Shown here: positions 13,192-25,499 of the stretch, one piece after another | How the letters are laid out: each line of letters starts with the position of its first letter | Numbering within the stretch: the first letter of the stretch is position 1 | Source of the DNA: Phoronis australis | Taxonomy: Eukaryota > Animalia > Phoronida | Length of the DNA: 64,000 bases | Direction of reading: 5' to 3' | NCBI GenBank assembly: GCA_002633005.1 | Contig: NMRA01000207.1 | Span: 55,408 to 119,407 of the forward strand | Program-made: the position numbers and the translations under genes | Notes under the pieces: model-generated | Database searches by the model: none | Seen by the model: the letters and a program-made list of their open reading frames with translations, nothing else | What the model was told of the DNA's origin: nothing

Positions 13192-15097
13192 GCTGTGTGT
13201 GTGCCAAAGGTCAAGGGTCAATCCAAGCAATGTGACTGCTGTTCGGAGTGTTCATGGTTTGACGTTTGTCTGGTCAAATTATAAGATGCAGTCGACGCAA
13301 CAATCGTTCTATTTTGACCGCGAGAAGCTACGGCAACCATCTTTGGATGGTCTCATATCTGCTACATGTATGTGTCTAGTGTTTTGCAGAAATCGCTAGA
13401 CAGCTTTGCAGTGTGGAGGAAGTGGTCTTTCTCGAAGATAACCAAGTGTGCACGTGAGTTTTCATTCCTTGGTCAGGCAGCTTAAAGCTGTAGTTTTGTT
13501 CAGCCTTTGACGGTATGAAAATTACAAGGACATTGTTAGCGACATGCCCAACATCCCAGCTTGCAGTTCCGAAATTCGGCTCTCACACAAGTTGATGACT
13601 AAAAATGTTGTTAGGCCAATTCTCTGTGTTGCGGCACCCATACTACAAAAAGGCTATTGGTATGTTTTTGCGCGACGGTACTCAGCTTTTAGGAGTTTCA
13701 ACGAGAACACATTTGACCTTGAGTTTCGGATGAATACAACTAACGGATTGTTCTGAGATGCTAATGTAACTATTTTAATGCATGCATTTTAAAATTCCAG
13801 CCAATCATGGCGTAGTAAATGTAATCACTCCTATCATCCTCTATCTGGTAACAAAAGCAGGAATTTGGTCCTTGATGAGCTTGGAACTTAAGGCAGATCA
13901 GCGATTTGCGGAGAACGAATAAGGAAAAGTGGCTTGTAGGATACTAAAGCATGTTGTAGACGTCATTGTCAGTTGGACGCAGTTCAGAAAGTCAGTACAT
14001 GCTGAAAGTGAGATAAATTGACCTACATAATATTATGTCCTTAGTTGGTGTGTCATATGAGCTATGCTAACAATGCCTCATTTGCCGCCATATGACATCA
14101 GAGGTTATCTATCCACTTTGACCTCTTAGTTATTTTGCCTTGTCAAAGTCTGTCACCAGATGATGGACATTGTCTTTCATCCAGGTGAAGTACTAGGGGC
14201 AATCGCACAAAGTCCGTCATCGTTTGTTACCTGTTGCTGTGGTTTTGGCTTAAAGCAGAGATTCCTCAGTACTTTTAACCAAACCTGTGTTTCTTAGTAA
14301 AGGCTTGTTTGAAGGGATGGCATTAAAAGTGCCTTTCAACACTCCTTTTGATACAAAAAAATTTGAGTTAGACCTATTACCAAGTTCATGAAATCAGTCT
14401 CATATTGTCTCTTAGTCAAAATATGTGTGATTTATGGGCCTGGAAGGTTATAGCAGTTTGTTTAGGCTTGACATTAAGCCGTACTAGTTGCCTTGGCATG
14501 GCCTGGCATTTTATTTGCCTGAGAGTTTGGTTTCGAGGAATAATGAACCGTCAGTTCCTTGAAAGACCAAAAAAATCTCTTCTCATCGAAGTGAGTAACA
14601 TGTCAGGCTAGTTGCATAGCTTTAAATGTGTTTGCTGCCAGTTTAAGACTGGCAGATATTATTGCACTTGACATTAAGTTACTCTATGTTTATAGGCAAC
14701 TGTATGGTAATGCTGGTGAGATAAGAATCACAACTTGCAGTAAAACTGTATGCACCTGAATTCATTGTAATATTGATGAGGATAGTATATGAACACCTTA
14801 TGATTTACATCCTGTATGTGGTTATCAAGACTGCCTGGGAAACGTGGTTGAGGAAGGTGATAAGTACAAATCTGTGTAAGGGTTTGATCACGGGGGTTTG
14901 GGGATGGGGTATTGCTGAATCAAATTTTCCCAGGTTCAATTATATGTTTCTATGTGAAATTAAACTGGTTACCATAGTGATTGTGATAATTGTTATTATT
15001 TATTTCAAACAAATGTGCATTTTTGTGGTGAAAGTTAATGCCGGACACGTGTGCGTTATGACGTCGTGTAGGTAGGTGAACATAAGGCAAATAATAC

Positions 15098-17924
15098 GAA
15101 TCTTGAGTGGTGCAGAGGTTCCAGTCACACCTGGTTCCTGTGTACACCAATGGACCTTTGCAATCTGCCTTGTGATAGTTCCGTGTAACCAGGATGGACA
15201 TAAATACATCAGGTAAAATCGGGACTTCAAAGATTCCAGGCTATACATCGTTGTTAACGTTCTAAACAGGAAACATTGTAACTAGGTTAGATTGGTGCAG
15301 ATAAGACACAGGGCTTGAGGACAGTCTCTACCCTACAGAGGCGCCCCTCTCCTGATCGGCTTTATCGTTTAACTTGTTAGGCGCAGCAGAACACTGAACA
15401 GTTGAATGAACCTTAGTTTGGGTCAGGCGGACCTCGTGCTGCTACGTCACAAAGTACGTGATGAATTTATTAAAGGACACGTTGTATGTTTCACTGTGGT
15501 ATTTAATGACGCAAAAATAAATCAGACTAACGTGAATTACTCGTTTATCAGTCTACTTTCTTGTCCATTCATGTGGCCCATTACACCAGTGTCGAGGCGT
15601 CAATGATTTGGTGAGTGGTTGTCACTCGGCATAGTTTTAATGTAGACGGTTAGTCGGTTTTCCTTATTATTAAACTAAAACCTCATCTTCACTCTGGTAG
15701 TGCTCTACACAGTTTTAACACAACTTTTCACACAAATCTCCAGATATCAAATAAGTCCATTACGTATTCACCCATGTTTACGTTCCGTCGTCTACTGCTC
15801 TTGTGTTATGTCTACACGTTATTCGAGAGGCACTGTAATGTAGAAAAAGTTTCAGATGGTGATTAATACGAACATTGTTCTTAAATTTAAATGATTTCAT
15901 GCTCACCGAATTCTGTTGCCACATTTTGACAGTTGGACTTTCTTAAGTTTGAAACACGCATGCGCGCACCCAGCCTTCAATATGGGGGTCTCGAATTCCT
16001 GGCGATGTGGACCTTTTAGGCTACCAACAAAAAAATGGGTAGACTAAATAAGAAAAACAGCACCCCGATCGGAGCTGGACTTTTATCTCGTTTTCTCGGA
16101 CTTTTTGTTTCTCTGAGGCTGACCTTTTTGCTCACTTCGCCAAATGGGGGGGGGCTCATTCGAGCCCCCCAACCTGGCTTCCTGGGTGCGCGCATGATAC
16201 GTATCCTGTGAAACTGGTAAATTTTGAAAATGACGTTTTTCATGTCTCGGGTACTTGTTTGGGAATAAAGGGGCCCCGAAGTCAACTCTCTACTCGATGT
16301 CATGTCCATGTGTACGTTGATACTTAATTTTGATTTGAAAATGTACCAATGACACGCTACGAGAAAATTTACAAATTAGTAATCGAATCGGACATTAATG
16401 GTCATATCTCCAGTCCGAGTTCGAAGATAATTATACCATAAACTATCTACCTTATTTTTTATTTGCTCTTCTGTCAAATCTTCTGAATTCTCCACACTGA
16501 ATTCGACGTCGAAATTCCCGAACTNGAATCTTGAGTGGTGCAGAGGTTCCAGTCACACCTGGTTCCTGTGTACACCAATGGACCTTTGCAATCTGCCTTG
16601 TGATAGTTCCGTGTAACCAGGATGGACATAAATACATCAGGTAAAATCGGGACTTCAAAGATTCCAGGCTATACATCGTTGTTAACGTTCTAAACAGGAA
16701 ACATTGTAACTAGGTTAGATTGGTGCAGATAAGACACAGGGCTTGAGGACAGTCTCTACCCTACAGAGGCGCCCCTCTCCTGATCGGCTTTATCGTTTAA
16801 CTTGTTAGGCGCAGCAGAACACTGAACAGTTGAATGAACCTTAGTTTGGGTCAGGCGGACCTCGTGCTGCTACGTCACACAGTACGTGATGAATTTATTA
16901 AACGACACGTTGTATGTTTCACTGTGGTATTTAATGACGCAAAAATAAATCAGACTAACGTGAATTACTCGTTTATCAGTCTACTTTCTTGTCCATTCAT
17001 GTGGCCAGTGTTGAGGCGTCAATGATTTGGTGATTAGTTGTCACTCGGCATAGTTTTTATGTAGACGGTTAGTCGGTTTTCCTCATTAGTAAACTGAAAA
17101 CCGCATCTTCACTCTGGTAGTGCTCTACACAGTTTTAACACAACTTTTCACACAAATCTCCAGATATCAAATAAGTCCATTACGTATTCACCCATGTTTA
17201 CGTTCCGTCGTCTACTGTTCTTGTGTTATGTCTACTCGTTATTCGAGAGGCACTGTAATGTAGAAAAAGTTTCAGATGGTGATTAATACGAACATTGTTC
17301 TTAAATTTAAATGATTTCATGCTCACCGAATTCTGTTGCCACATTTTTGACAGTTGGACTTTCTTAAGTTTGAAACACGCATGCACGCACCCAGCCTTCA
17401 ATATGGGTGTCTCGAATTCCTGGCGATGTGGACCTTTTGGGCTACCATCAAAAAAGTGGGTCGACTAAAAATGAAAAATAGCATACCGATCGGAGCTGCC
17501 TTGTGAATTGTGCGTTTGTGGACTTTTATTTCGTTTTCTCGGACTTTTTGTTTCTCTGAGGCTGACCTTTTTGCCCACTTCGCCAAATGGGGGCTCATTC
17601 GAGCCCCCCAACCCGGCCTCCCTGGGTGCGCGCATGATACGTATCCTGTGAAACTGGCAAATTTTGAAAATGCCGTTTTTCATGTCTTGGGTACTTGTTT
17701 GGGAATAAAGGGGCCCCGAAGTCAACTCTATTCGATGTCATGTCCATGTGTACGTTGATACTTAATTTTGATTTGAAAATTTGTAATCGAATCGGACATT
17801 AATGGTCATATCTCCAGTCCGAGTTCGATGATAATTAAACCATAAACTACCTTATTTTTTATTTGCTCTTCTGTCAAATCTTCTGAATTCTCCACACTGA
17901 ATTGGACGTCGAAATTCCCGAACT
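15098..17924. repeat. ~1.4-kb tandem duplication (15098-16524 / 16526-17924) separated by a single N; probable haplotype-overlap assembly artefact
   Basis: Both copies start GAATCTTGAGTGGTGCAGAGG and end GAAATTCCCGAACT; near-identical with SNPs and indels; the junction is one N. Confidence 0.85.
15959..16196. mobile_element. MITE with CATGCGCGCACCCAG TIRs and 5-bp TSD (second assembly copy at 17380-17636)
   Basis: TIRs CATGCGCGCACCCAG ... CTGGGTGCGCGCATG; flanks ACACG/ATACG; homologous to 21760-22009. Confidence 0.75.
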
Positions 17925-18970
17925 GGTTCTTAATATCATCATGAACGCGTACATAGTGCATCTTCTTTGAGCTTAATACACGACGACCAATCCTGAAAAA
18001 GCAGTGGCAATACAATTCACGTCATTTTCGTGANNNNNNNNNNNCCCCCCCCCCCCATACACACACACACACACATACACACACAGGCACGCACACACAC
18101 ACACACATTCCAAATCGTCTACTACTTTGTAATCTACTGGTATTCTACGATTAGAACGTCGATAGAAATTTTAGAGCGTACATGTATATGTCCGATTTTC
18201 TAGTTCGGCTCAACAAGTCGCGTATATCTATTTTGGACGATTTTTGCACGTTCCGATCATCAACGCGTCGTGCGAATGTGTAGCCATGCCTTAGCGCCGT
18301 GTCGGATCTCTGATTCTTCTTCTATTCAGTCTGTAGGGGTGCAGTAACCAAGCAAAATGTAGTGGGCCATGTACACCCTTAGGCCTACTATGGTTAGAAA
18401 TGATTTCTTGGTTTGGCCTTCAAGATCGGACAGTTGTTCTTTACTACATGTAACTCGAGGCCGCGTAGCTATATTCGGTGCATTGGATCAGCACTTACTT
18501 CATCACGTACAGCCTCGAGAAATTTGCCGTCAATCCTCTCCAAGCCTATGAATCACATGTAACACATGTAATTAAGAAACTGGGACCAAAATACGGTTAA
18601 TGATCTGATTTTTTCACTGACAGTGGATCGATTCTTGCCGTGAACGTACTGTCAGTCACGCCTACTTAACTCGAACTTGGCTGATATTTGTTAAAAATAG
18701 AGGCAATGTTCGTACTTACCAATGTATGTATACAAATATCATTTTGCCTTCGACAGGTAACCTTAGGAAGGCATACATCACTTGGCCGTCGTCAAGGTGA
18801 ATCATAAGATCTTTCAAGGTGCCCTCTGGCGGCTTGCGATACCGCACCACGTGAATCGATTTGTAGTCGGTGAATGTCACGTGGCCACAAAGAACGTACG
18901 ATGGTCCTTTGCCGGTGCGAATCTCTTGTATGGCTTTGTCAAATGCGCTCTTATCAGTAATCGAAACCAT
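17232..18970 (-). CDS. Coactosin-like / ADF-homology (ADF-H) domain actin-binding protein, ~137 aa
   Basis: Exons 18970-18720, 17992-17851 and 17252-17232 (third exon less certain; reading through the donor gives a stop at 17806). Spliced protein MVSITDKSAFDKAIQEIRTGKGPSYVLCGH...LDDGQVMYAFLRL...KMIFVYIHWIGRRVLSSKK...DIKNQFGNFDVQFSVENSEDLTEEQIKNKCLSNNE fits the coactosin/drebrin ADF-H pattern (L.DD...Y...R, F..I.WIG, DL.E..I..K). Confidence 0.8.
17851..17992 (-). CDS. Coactosin-like coding exon 2
   Basis: ttttcag|G completes TGG (W) in phase; AAG|gtagtt donor. Confidence 0.8.
18045..18107. repeat. poly-C plus (CA)n microsatellite next to an assembly gap
   Basis: Visible directly. Confidence 0.9.
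18720..18970 (-). CDS. Coactosin-like coding exon 1
   Basis: ORF 18716-18970; acceptor cag just upstream (18973) implies a 5' UTR exon; donor TG|gtaagt. Confidence 0.82.
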
Positions 18971-20893
18971 GTCTGAAACTTGAAAAGGTTAAATACCTGT
19001 TGACAAAGTTCTTACAGTTGACATACCGTGTGGCTTTTGAGCCATTCACGATCAGTGGTGATCGTTTGCTCGAACGACTAACCGGCCGATAATGTGTGTG
19101 AGCAGCTAACGTTACTAACAGTCCATCCGAAAGAAAAAGACTGGACAAATTCGTGTCTTTCCGTTGTCGACAAAATTTTAGCAAAAATCAAGTGCATGGA
19201 AATGTAAACACGTGCCTTTCAATCAAGACCTTAGGAAACCGTGCCGTTCAGTGATATCTTGTAGTTTTGGTTGGACGATACTTCTCTACATCAACGGGAA
19301 AACTAGGTGTCGTCGTCCGCACTTGATATCACTAAGTGCTATTGTGTTGTAGATGGCAGTTATCGCATCAGCGATGTGCTATAAAATGCTGGCTGAAATA
19401 AATTGAAATGTCAAGGACAGAAACTGTTTTTTTAAACGTGTTTGGCTTCTGAAATTTAATTCCTCGTGAAAAGTCGGTGTAGGGTACGTCCTTCCTTAGC
19501 GGAACAAATACGACTACAAATTAGCCAAAACGCTGCAATATGCTTTTATTTGCTGACAACAGTTTTGAGTCAGTGAGTAAAGACTGGGCTTGGCACTTAA
19601 CGAAAGAAATAATGATACTATCAGGCCTCTGAAAACCGGTGTCGTCTGGAATACCAAGGACCAGTGCTGTAGTGGGGCGTAGGCGCACGTAGGTGCAGAC
19701 AACCACCTTTTGGCATTTGAACGTAGCGTCTACGCACCGTAAATTACGTTCAGTGCTCAAGGTAATACGATGGGCTTTGGGCGCCTACTTACCTCTTATT
19801 TTTTCCACTACAGCACTGCCTAGGACGAAGGGGCGGAGTCCGGACGGACTAAACGGGAGTAATGAGCGCACTGAGCAGTAGTGGCGGAGGATTAGAACCA
19901 GTGACACTGTAGAAACGCATATTAATGTCTATCTTCATCCTATATAAGGCGTCTTTTCAAAGAAAATTGTTCACTCAAGTGTTTCACTCAGAGGCGCATG
20001 CTCCTATTCGCTTATACGCACAGCTGAGGATGTCCTTTGCATTGTCGCTTACCCTGTGAATACAGGGACACGTATTGTCCTCGGCTGTAGCGCATACTCT
20101 TTCCCCGTTTTGCGCCACTTGGATTGACACTAAGCGGATTTCCTATTGCTCAGTTAACCTTCCTACTGAAACCAGAGAAAATGGTAGGCCTAACAGTTTT
20201 TGTACAGAAGTAACTACGCGTCTAAAATAAAGGTGCAAACTAAATACACGGCCAACGTGTACATGCAATAGGTATATCTGGACAATTGTTAAAGCGCACA
20301 CCGCGTCATAGTCACAAAATTTTTTCATTGACGCATGCGCACTGTTTACTTCGCTGGTAAAAATGGACAGAAACTAACTTAATATATACATGTAGGTACT
20401 GCGAAGTGACCCAATTAAGACCTGATGCCGTGTGGGTCAATTCACCCGTACCCACATGTTTGTCTAAAATGTTCCCTGCGTCTATAGGCGCACTGTGCGA
20501 GCACATATCATTCCATATTCCACAACCAAAATAGCTGGGAATGAATTAATGGGATCCAGAGTATCACACACACGCAAAAGTGTGCCTGCAATACTCGAAA
20601 AAGATGCAACCGTAAGTTCGAATATAGCGCGCAAGAGTCTAAAGACGCGCTCGTCATCGGTATTTAGCTTGCCATACAAGCACTGTGGCGCGAAGGTTAT
20701 TTCAGATTCTACAGAGTTGTCTGTTTGTTTGGACCGGGGTTAGTTATGCTAAACTTGCCTGCTGAACTGATCGAAACGTCATCAATACGGCTTCCTCTCA
20801 AGTGCAAGTGTTATTGCACACGTTTCGTAGGAGTAACTTTTCAATGTGGCTAGTTATCCCGCATTATTTTACGCAAGGCATACTGGGAGCAGG

Positions 20894-21062
20894 TGACCTA
20901 TCGCAAGCTCCGCCCCCTTGCGTAATGTCGACTAACAAACAATAAATTTTACCCGGCAACGCGTTGTTTGTCGGGTAAAATGGCGGCTTGGAAACGAAGG
21001 TGTGTCAATAACGCTGCGTTCTACGGTCAGTTAAGCCGTCACTCAAAATCCTGGCGATAGGT
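20894..21062. mobile_element. ~170-bp MITE (second copy at 54683-54861)
   Basis: TIR (TG)ACCTATCGC...GCGATAGGT, internal hairpin TTTTACCCGGCAAC...TTGTCGGGTAAAA; closely matches 54683-54861. Confidence 0.75.
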
Positions 21063-21759
21063 ACGGCAACGTGCGACAAATTCTGTGTCGCTCTGGTTCC
21101 AGTTACCAATGTACAGATATTTGATTCATTTCAATTGAAACGGTAGGCTACCGTCCAGAGAAAATTAAACTGTTTAGTATCGATTGTTAAACTGTCAGGT
21201 ATTGAAAGGCACGCTTTTTCAGCTAGTGATGTTTGATGACGCAGTTCTGTGCGGCAGTCGAAGTCGGGCAAGCTCCCATACGCTGTCTTGTCGCTCGAGA
21301 AAAATGGACACTTTTTCGGTCGGAGCCTTGACGATAGCTGACTCCAATACGCCCGCGTCACTGTCGCATAAATATTGACTGTGCGCCAATGAATTCAGTT
21401 AAGAGTTGAGCAATGCCAATAAAACAGGCCGATTTGCCTACATATGTTTGTTGACTGTGACCTGTTGACTGGGTTTGCATGTTCTAGATAACAGAAAACG
21501 AGTCCTGTCATATAGCATAGGCAAAGAATGAAAGGCCTCGTTCTATTTTCATTTTCAGTGAGCCACACAAAACACAGGACGAAATGCAGCTTTGGGCCAA
21601 CTGGCGCATCAAAGTTTATCACGCCCTATCCTGCCACGAAAATGTTACCACGCAGTCGTGTAACTCAACCGGCAATGCGCCTTACTTTGAATTATTAGTG
21701 ACCAAATTTAAACAGCAAACTCTAGGCTTATGTCAGTGACACGATGATCTAGCACATAG

Positions 21760-22009
21760 CATGCGCGTACCCAGCCTAAAATATGGGGGCTCCAATTTTT
21801 GAGAATGTGGACCTTTAGCCAAGATTCACGGAGTACGTTCAGAACTATGAATAGTGCATTCGCCGAATTTTAGTAAGTCCTGCCTTTTTAGAGGTCGTTT
21901 GTCGCATTTTCTACTTTTTCGGAGGTTTTGTCTCTCTGATGCGAACCATTTTGCCCTCTTCGCCAAATGGGGGGCTCGTTCGAGACCCCCTCCCCCGGGT
22001 ACGAGCATG
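21760..22009. mobile_element. MITE of the CATG-ended family, perfect 5-bp TSD CATAG
   Basis: catag|CATGCGCGTACCC ... GGGTACGAGCATG|catag; shares internal segments with 15959-16196. Confidence 0.78.
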
Positions 22010-23645
22010 CATAGGAATGTGAAAAATATTTGAGGGGACCAAACATTATAGTTTGTTCCAGTAACCCTGTCTCAGGCACGTTTCCCTAAATAATCCCTGC
22101 GTTGTACCAATAAGCCAAAACAAATGAATTTGCAATTGGATGTAACTACGTGGAGGGCACTGGCTGAGACACTTCGTATTTTCATCCCTATATGCTCACG
22201 CCGATTTGAAATTGCCACCCAGTTGGTCCACATCCCGCTAGAGAGAGCAGCAAACGTTTCCAAATGTACAACAAAAAGCTAAACCAAGCTGTGTTATCTG
22301 CATCCCAATGAGGGCGCCGAATTTATTAGCCTTGGGAGGACAGTACGCAGTAGAGCAACCAACTTAGAAGACAGCACGAACATTGGTAGTGTACTGCTAA
22401 CCAGGTGCATGCATACCAACGTTACACGACAATCTCGAAAGTCAATGTTGCTAAATATTCGTGGTTTTCCGAACTTAGTGAGACAATGCCGTCATAATGC
22501 CAGTAATAGTATACGTTCGACTGCCGAACGCTCACGGCTTACTCATATTTTTCAGACCTGTCTAATAATATGAAACCAAAAGGCTAATGACACTTTTAAG
22601 AAAATCGTTGATCGAAGCCAACATTTTATTTGATCTTAATCCTTACTTAAACACTTCGAGTCGGCGGCAGATGTAATGAGGAGAGAAACGCGGTGGCCTG
22701 CCTACCTCGTGAATAAGCTGTGTAAGTCAGTCGCCAGCATGTGGTATCTTGGTATCATCACCATAGGAATGCCTACTATATGAATATTCAATGTAGACCT
22801 ATTACTAATATATGCATGATACGTAACAGGCTTTTGATGAAGTATGATTTCAATGAAGAGAAAAAAACAGTGCCGATAGGTGTGACACTAAAAACATCAA
22901 CAAAACAGAATGTTTCCCTATAGCTAAGAAATAGGACGGAAAGCCTGTGCCATGTGTAGAAAAGGTCGACCGAATTTGCGCGTAATATGTGGTTATAAAA
23001 TTGAGTGGCAGGATGCCAACCTTGCGCCGTGGTCGTGTTTCAATACACGGCTTCATGAGTGTGCGGGGCACGCTTCAGTGATCAAATAATCGGATGTTTT
23101 TCGAGATATCTCTTTGTTTCATGACGCAAGTGTACGATTTCCCAATTAAAACGTTTAAATGTTGTACCTGATTATCAAAACGTGCACGGCAGCTTAATCT
23201 CCGCGTTGTGGTTAATGGGCCCTAGAGCATGCAGGCAGGCCAAACGAGGTGAAATGAACGCGTCATTTGTGAAAAATGTTTGGGTCTAAATTGCAAAACC
23301 TGACCAGTTAAAGGCATGCTATTCGAACATTATTCGACAATTAGTGAACACACTTTCATATTTGGCTGATTATCGACAAAATCTACCCACCTTTACTACA
23401 GCAGGTTCAAAACAAGATCGATGTATTCTCCGTATTTAGCGAATAGACGAGTGACCCACATATATGGAAACGTGAGGTCAAATACCAGGGAACTCGTCAA
23501 TAATAAATGCCACTTACTCCCGCATTTACTCATGCGAACAAATTGCTTTCCAAGGTAAATAGAGCGATAATCATGTAACAGCACGCCATCTCTCGGTCAC
23601 CATAACGCACCTAGGGTTGCGTCTCTACCCGGCTGGACGAGACCT

Positions 23646-23807
23646 GGCGTGCGTTCAGTATAGACGTTAGGACCTACGCTATGACCTAGCTAAGACCTTG
23701 TCAAAGTCACGTGTTGTCATTTTTAAAAAATGCACGGCAATATCTCACGTAGTAATCTCGCGAAGTCTTGCTTTTTAGCGAGGTCCTAGCGTTACTGAAC
23801 GGGAGGC
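23646..23807. mobile_element. Old, degenerate MITE-like inverted repeat
   Basis: GTTCAGTATAGACGTTAGGACCT near 23653 is inverted as AGGTCCTAGCGTTACTGAAC near 23781-23800. Confidence 0.45.
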
Positions 23808-24939
23808 TCTGGTGGTATTTCGACTTAGGACCAAAAGTCCGAAATCTGATCACGCATAGTCAAAAGTTGATTTGCTTGTCCTTTGTGTTTCTCGAAACTT
23901 TTGTCTTTAGGCTACCTAGTCGAGAAGACTTCAGATTTCTGTTTTGCCTTTGACTAGTTCTGACGCCGATGACAGTCACGGTTTTCGTGAAACAAGCCAA
24001 GCCGCATTGATGAGTAAAGACATTTTTTCAGTAGACGAAGGTTAAAAATGTTTCGAGAAACGTGCCTTGCGAGAAAAGCAAAATCACAAATGACCCGGCA
24101 TGCAAAAACACCCGTACATGTAACCTCAGCAACAATGCCGTATTACTGAAGCGAGTGGTCCGGGTGACAATTGGTATGATGAGTACCGGGATAGAATTCA
24201 TAAATTATGGGAAGAATTCACCAAATGCTTTCTATTCCAAAAGCGTAGATCCATACCGCAAATTACTGCCTTAATTGCTAGTTTGCGTCTCGGTTACGAA
24301 ACGCTGCCGGCAATCTCAGTCACACTGGACTCGTGAAAAGGTCGTCAAACTTCTTCATGGACTTATAGTTAACGTAAGTGTTATGATAACCCCAGTTTCA
24401 GTTGGAGGGGCAGTTTGAACTAATTCAGTTTAGTCCAATCGAAACTTCAATCTAACGACTGAGAAGTAAGTGACGAAATGGCTGAGTGAACACGTACCGC
24501 GCGGCTCTCTGAGGCGGGCATCCGACTTCGTCGGGTGAAAGTTTGTTGAAAACCCTTTACATTGACGACAGCTGCGATTTGTTCCAAAATTATACACGCC
24601 AGCTAAATCTTGGGATGCCTCATGCCGTCAGTTACTAGCAAACTATTGAATCTTCAAGTTCCGGCAGTACCACCTAACTGTCATGAAGGCCTGTGGTATG
24701 GATCAAATCTTTATCCTTCTATGAGTTATTAATAATAAGACACTGTGACACATTTCGTTTCATTTCAAGACTAAACATATTTATTTGAATTTCGGTGCAG
24801 AACTGCAAGTGATTTTTATGTTTGTTCTATGATAAACCTCCGTTAACATGAGTGTCATAATCATTATCAATACTATTGCACAACCATTAAAATATTAAAT
24901 TCAACGTCAAAAGTCAACCGCGTTTGCGAACAATCGTTT

Positions 24940-25499
24940 TTAACTGCCAGGTTTCAACATATGCCGGTGGTTACGCGGCTTTATTTTCATTTCCACTTTT
25001 TTCAGCGAATAATAGTCTGACTCTTTGATTGTGTACCACGATATCCCATCCGTGCGACTGTTAGTTTCTTTGTCCTGGTACCTCCCGTTCAAATTCGACA
25101 TCCCGCATGACTTGAACCACCAGCCGGACTTGAACTCCGCGGCGCAATTCTTTTTGCTCATGTCATTATCAGAGTCCGACGTACTGAATGCGACATTATG
25201 ACTAATGCTGAACGAATCCCCGGCGTTGCCATGGTAGTCTTTTATGTGAATAACGTATCTATCTTGATCGTCGCCTACACGGAATTCGTGGTACTGCGCG
25301 TAGTAATATCGACCCTCCCAGTCCCACATATCGATCCGCAGGAGATAGTCCTTTTGCTGGGACAAGTAATGAAGCCATTCATTACCGATCCAAAACTCTC
25401 CATAAGGGTTGCCGAATCCATATTTATAGTCTGACCATCCGCGGTTGAAATTGATTAATCCATCAATGCGTCGCTGTAGCAGTGTCCATCCGGTTAGAC
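24940..25499 (-). CDS. FReD gene exon 3 (fibrinogen C-terminal domain, stop)
   Basis: catttcag acceptor; continuous with ORF 24940-25365. Confidence 0.92.

Noticed and set aside
19939-19949. CCTATATAAGG as an SRF CArG box upstream of an actin-binding gene
   Set aside because: Seven A/T bases between CC and GG instead of six; better read as a TATA-like element.
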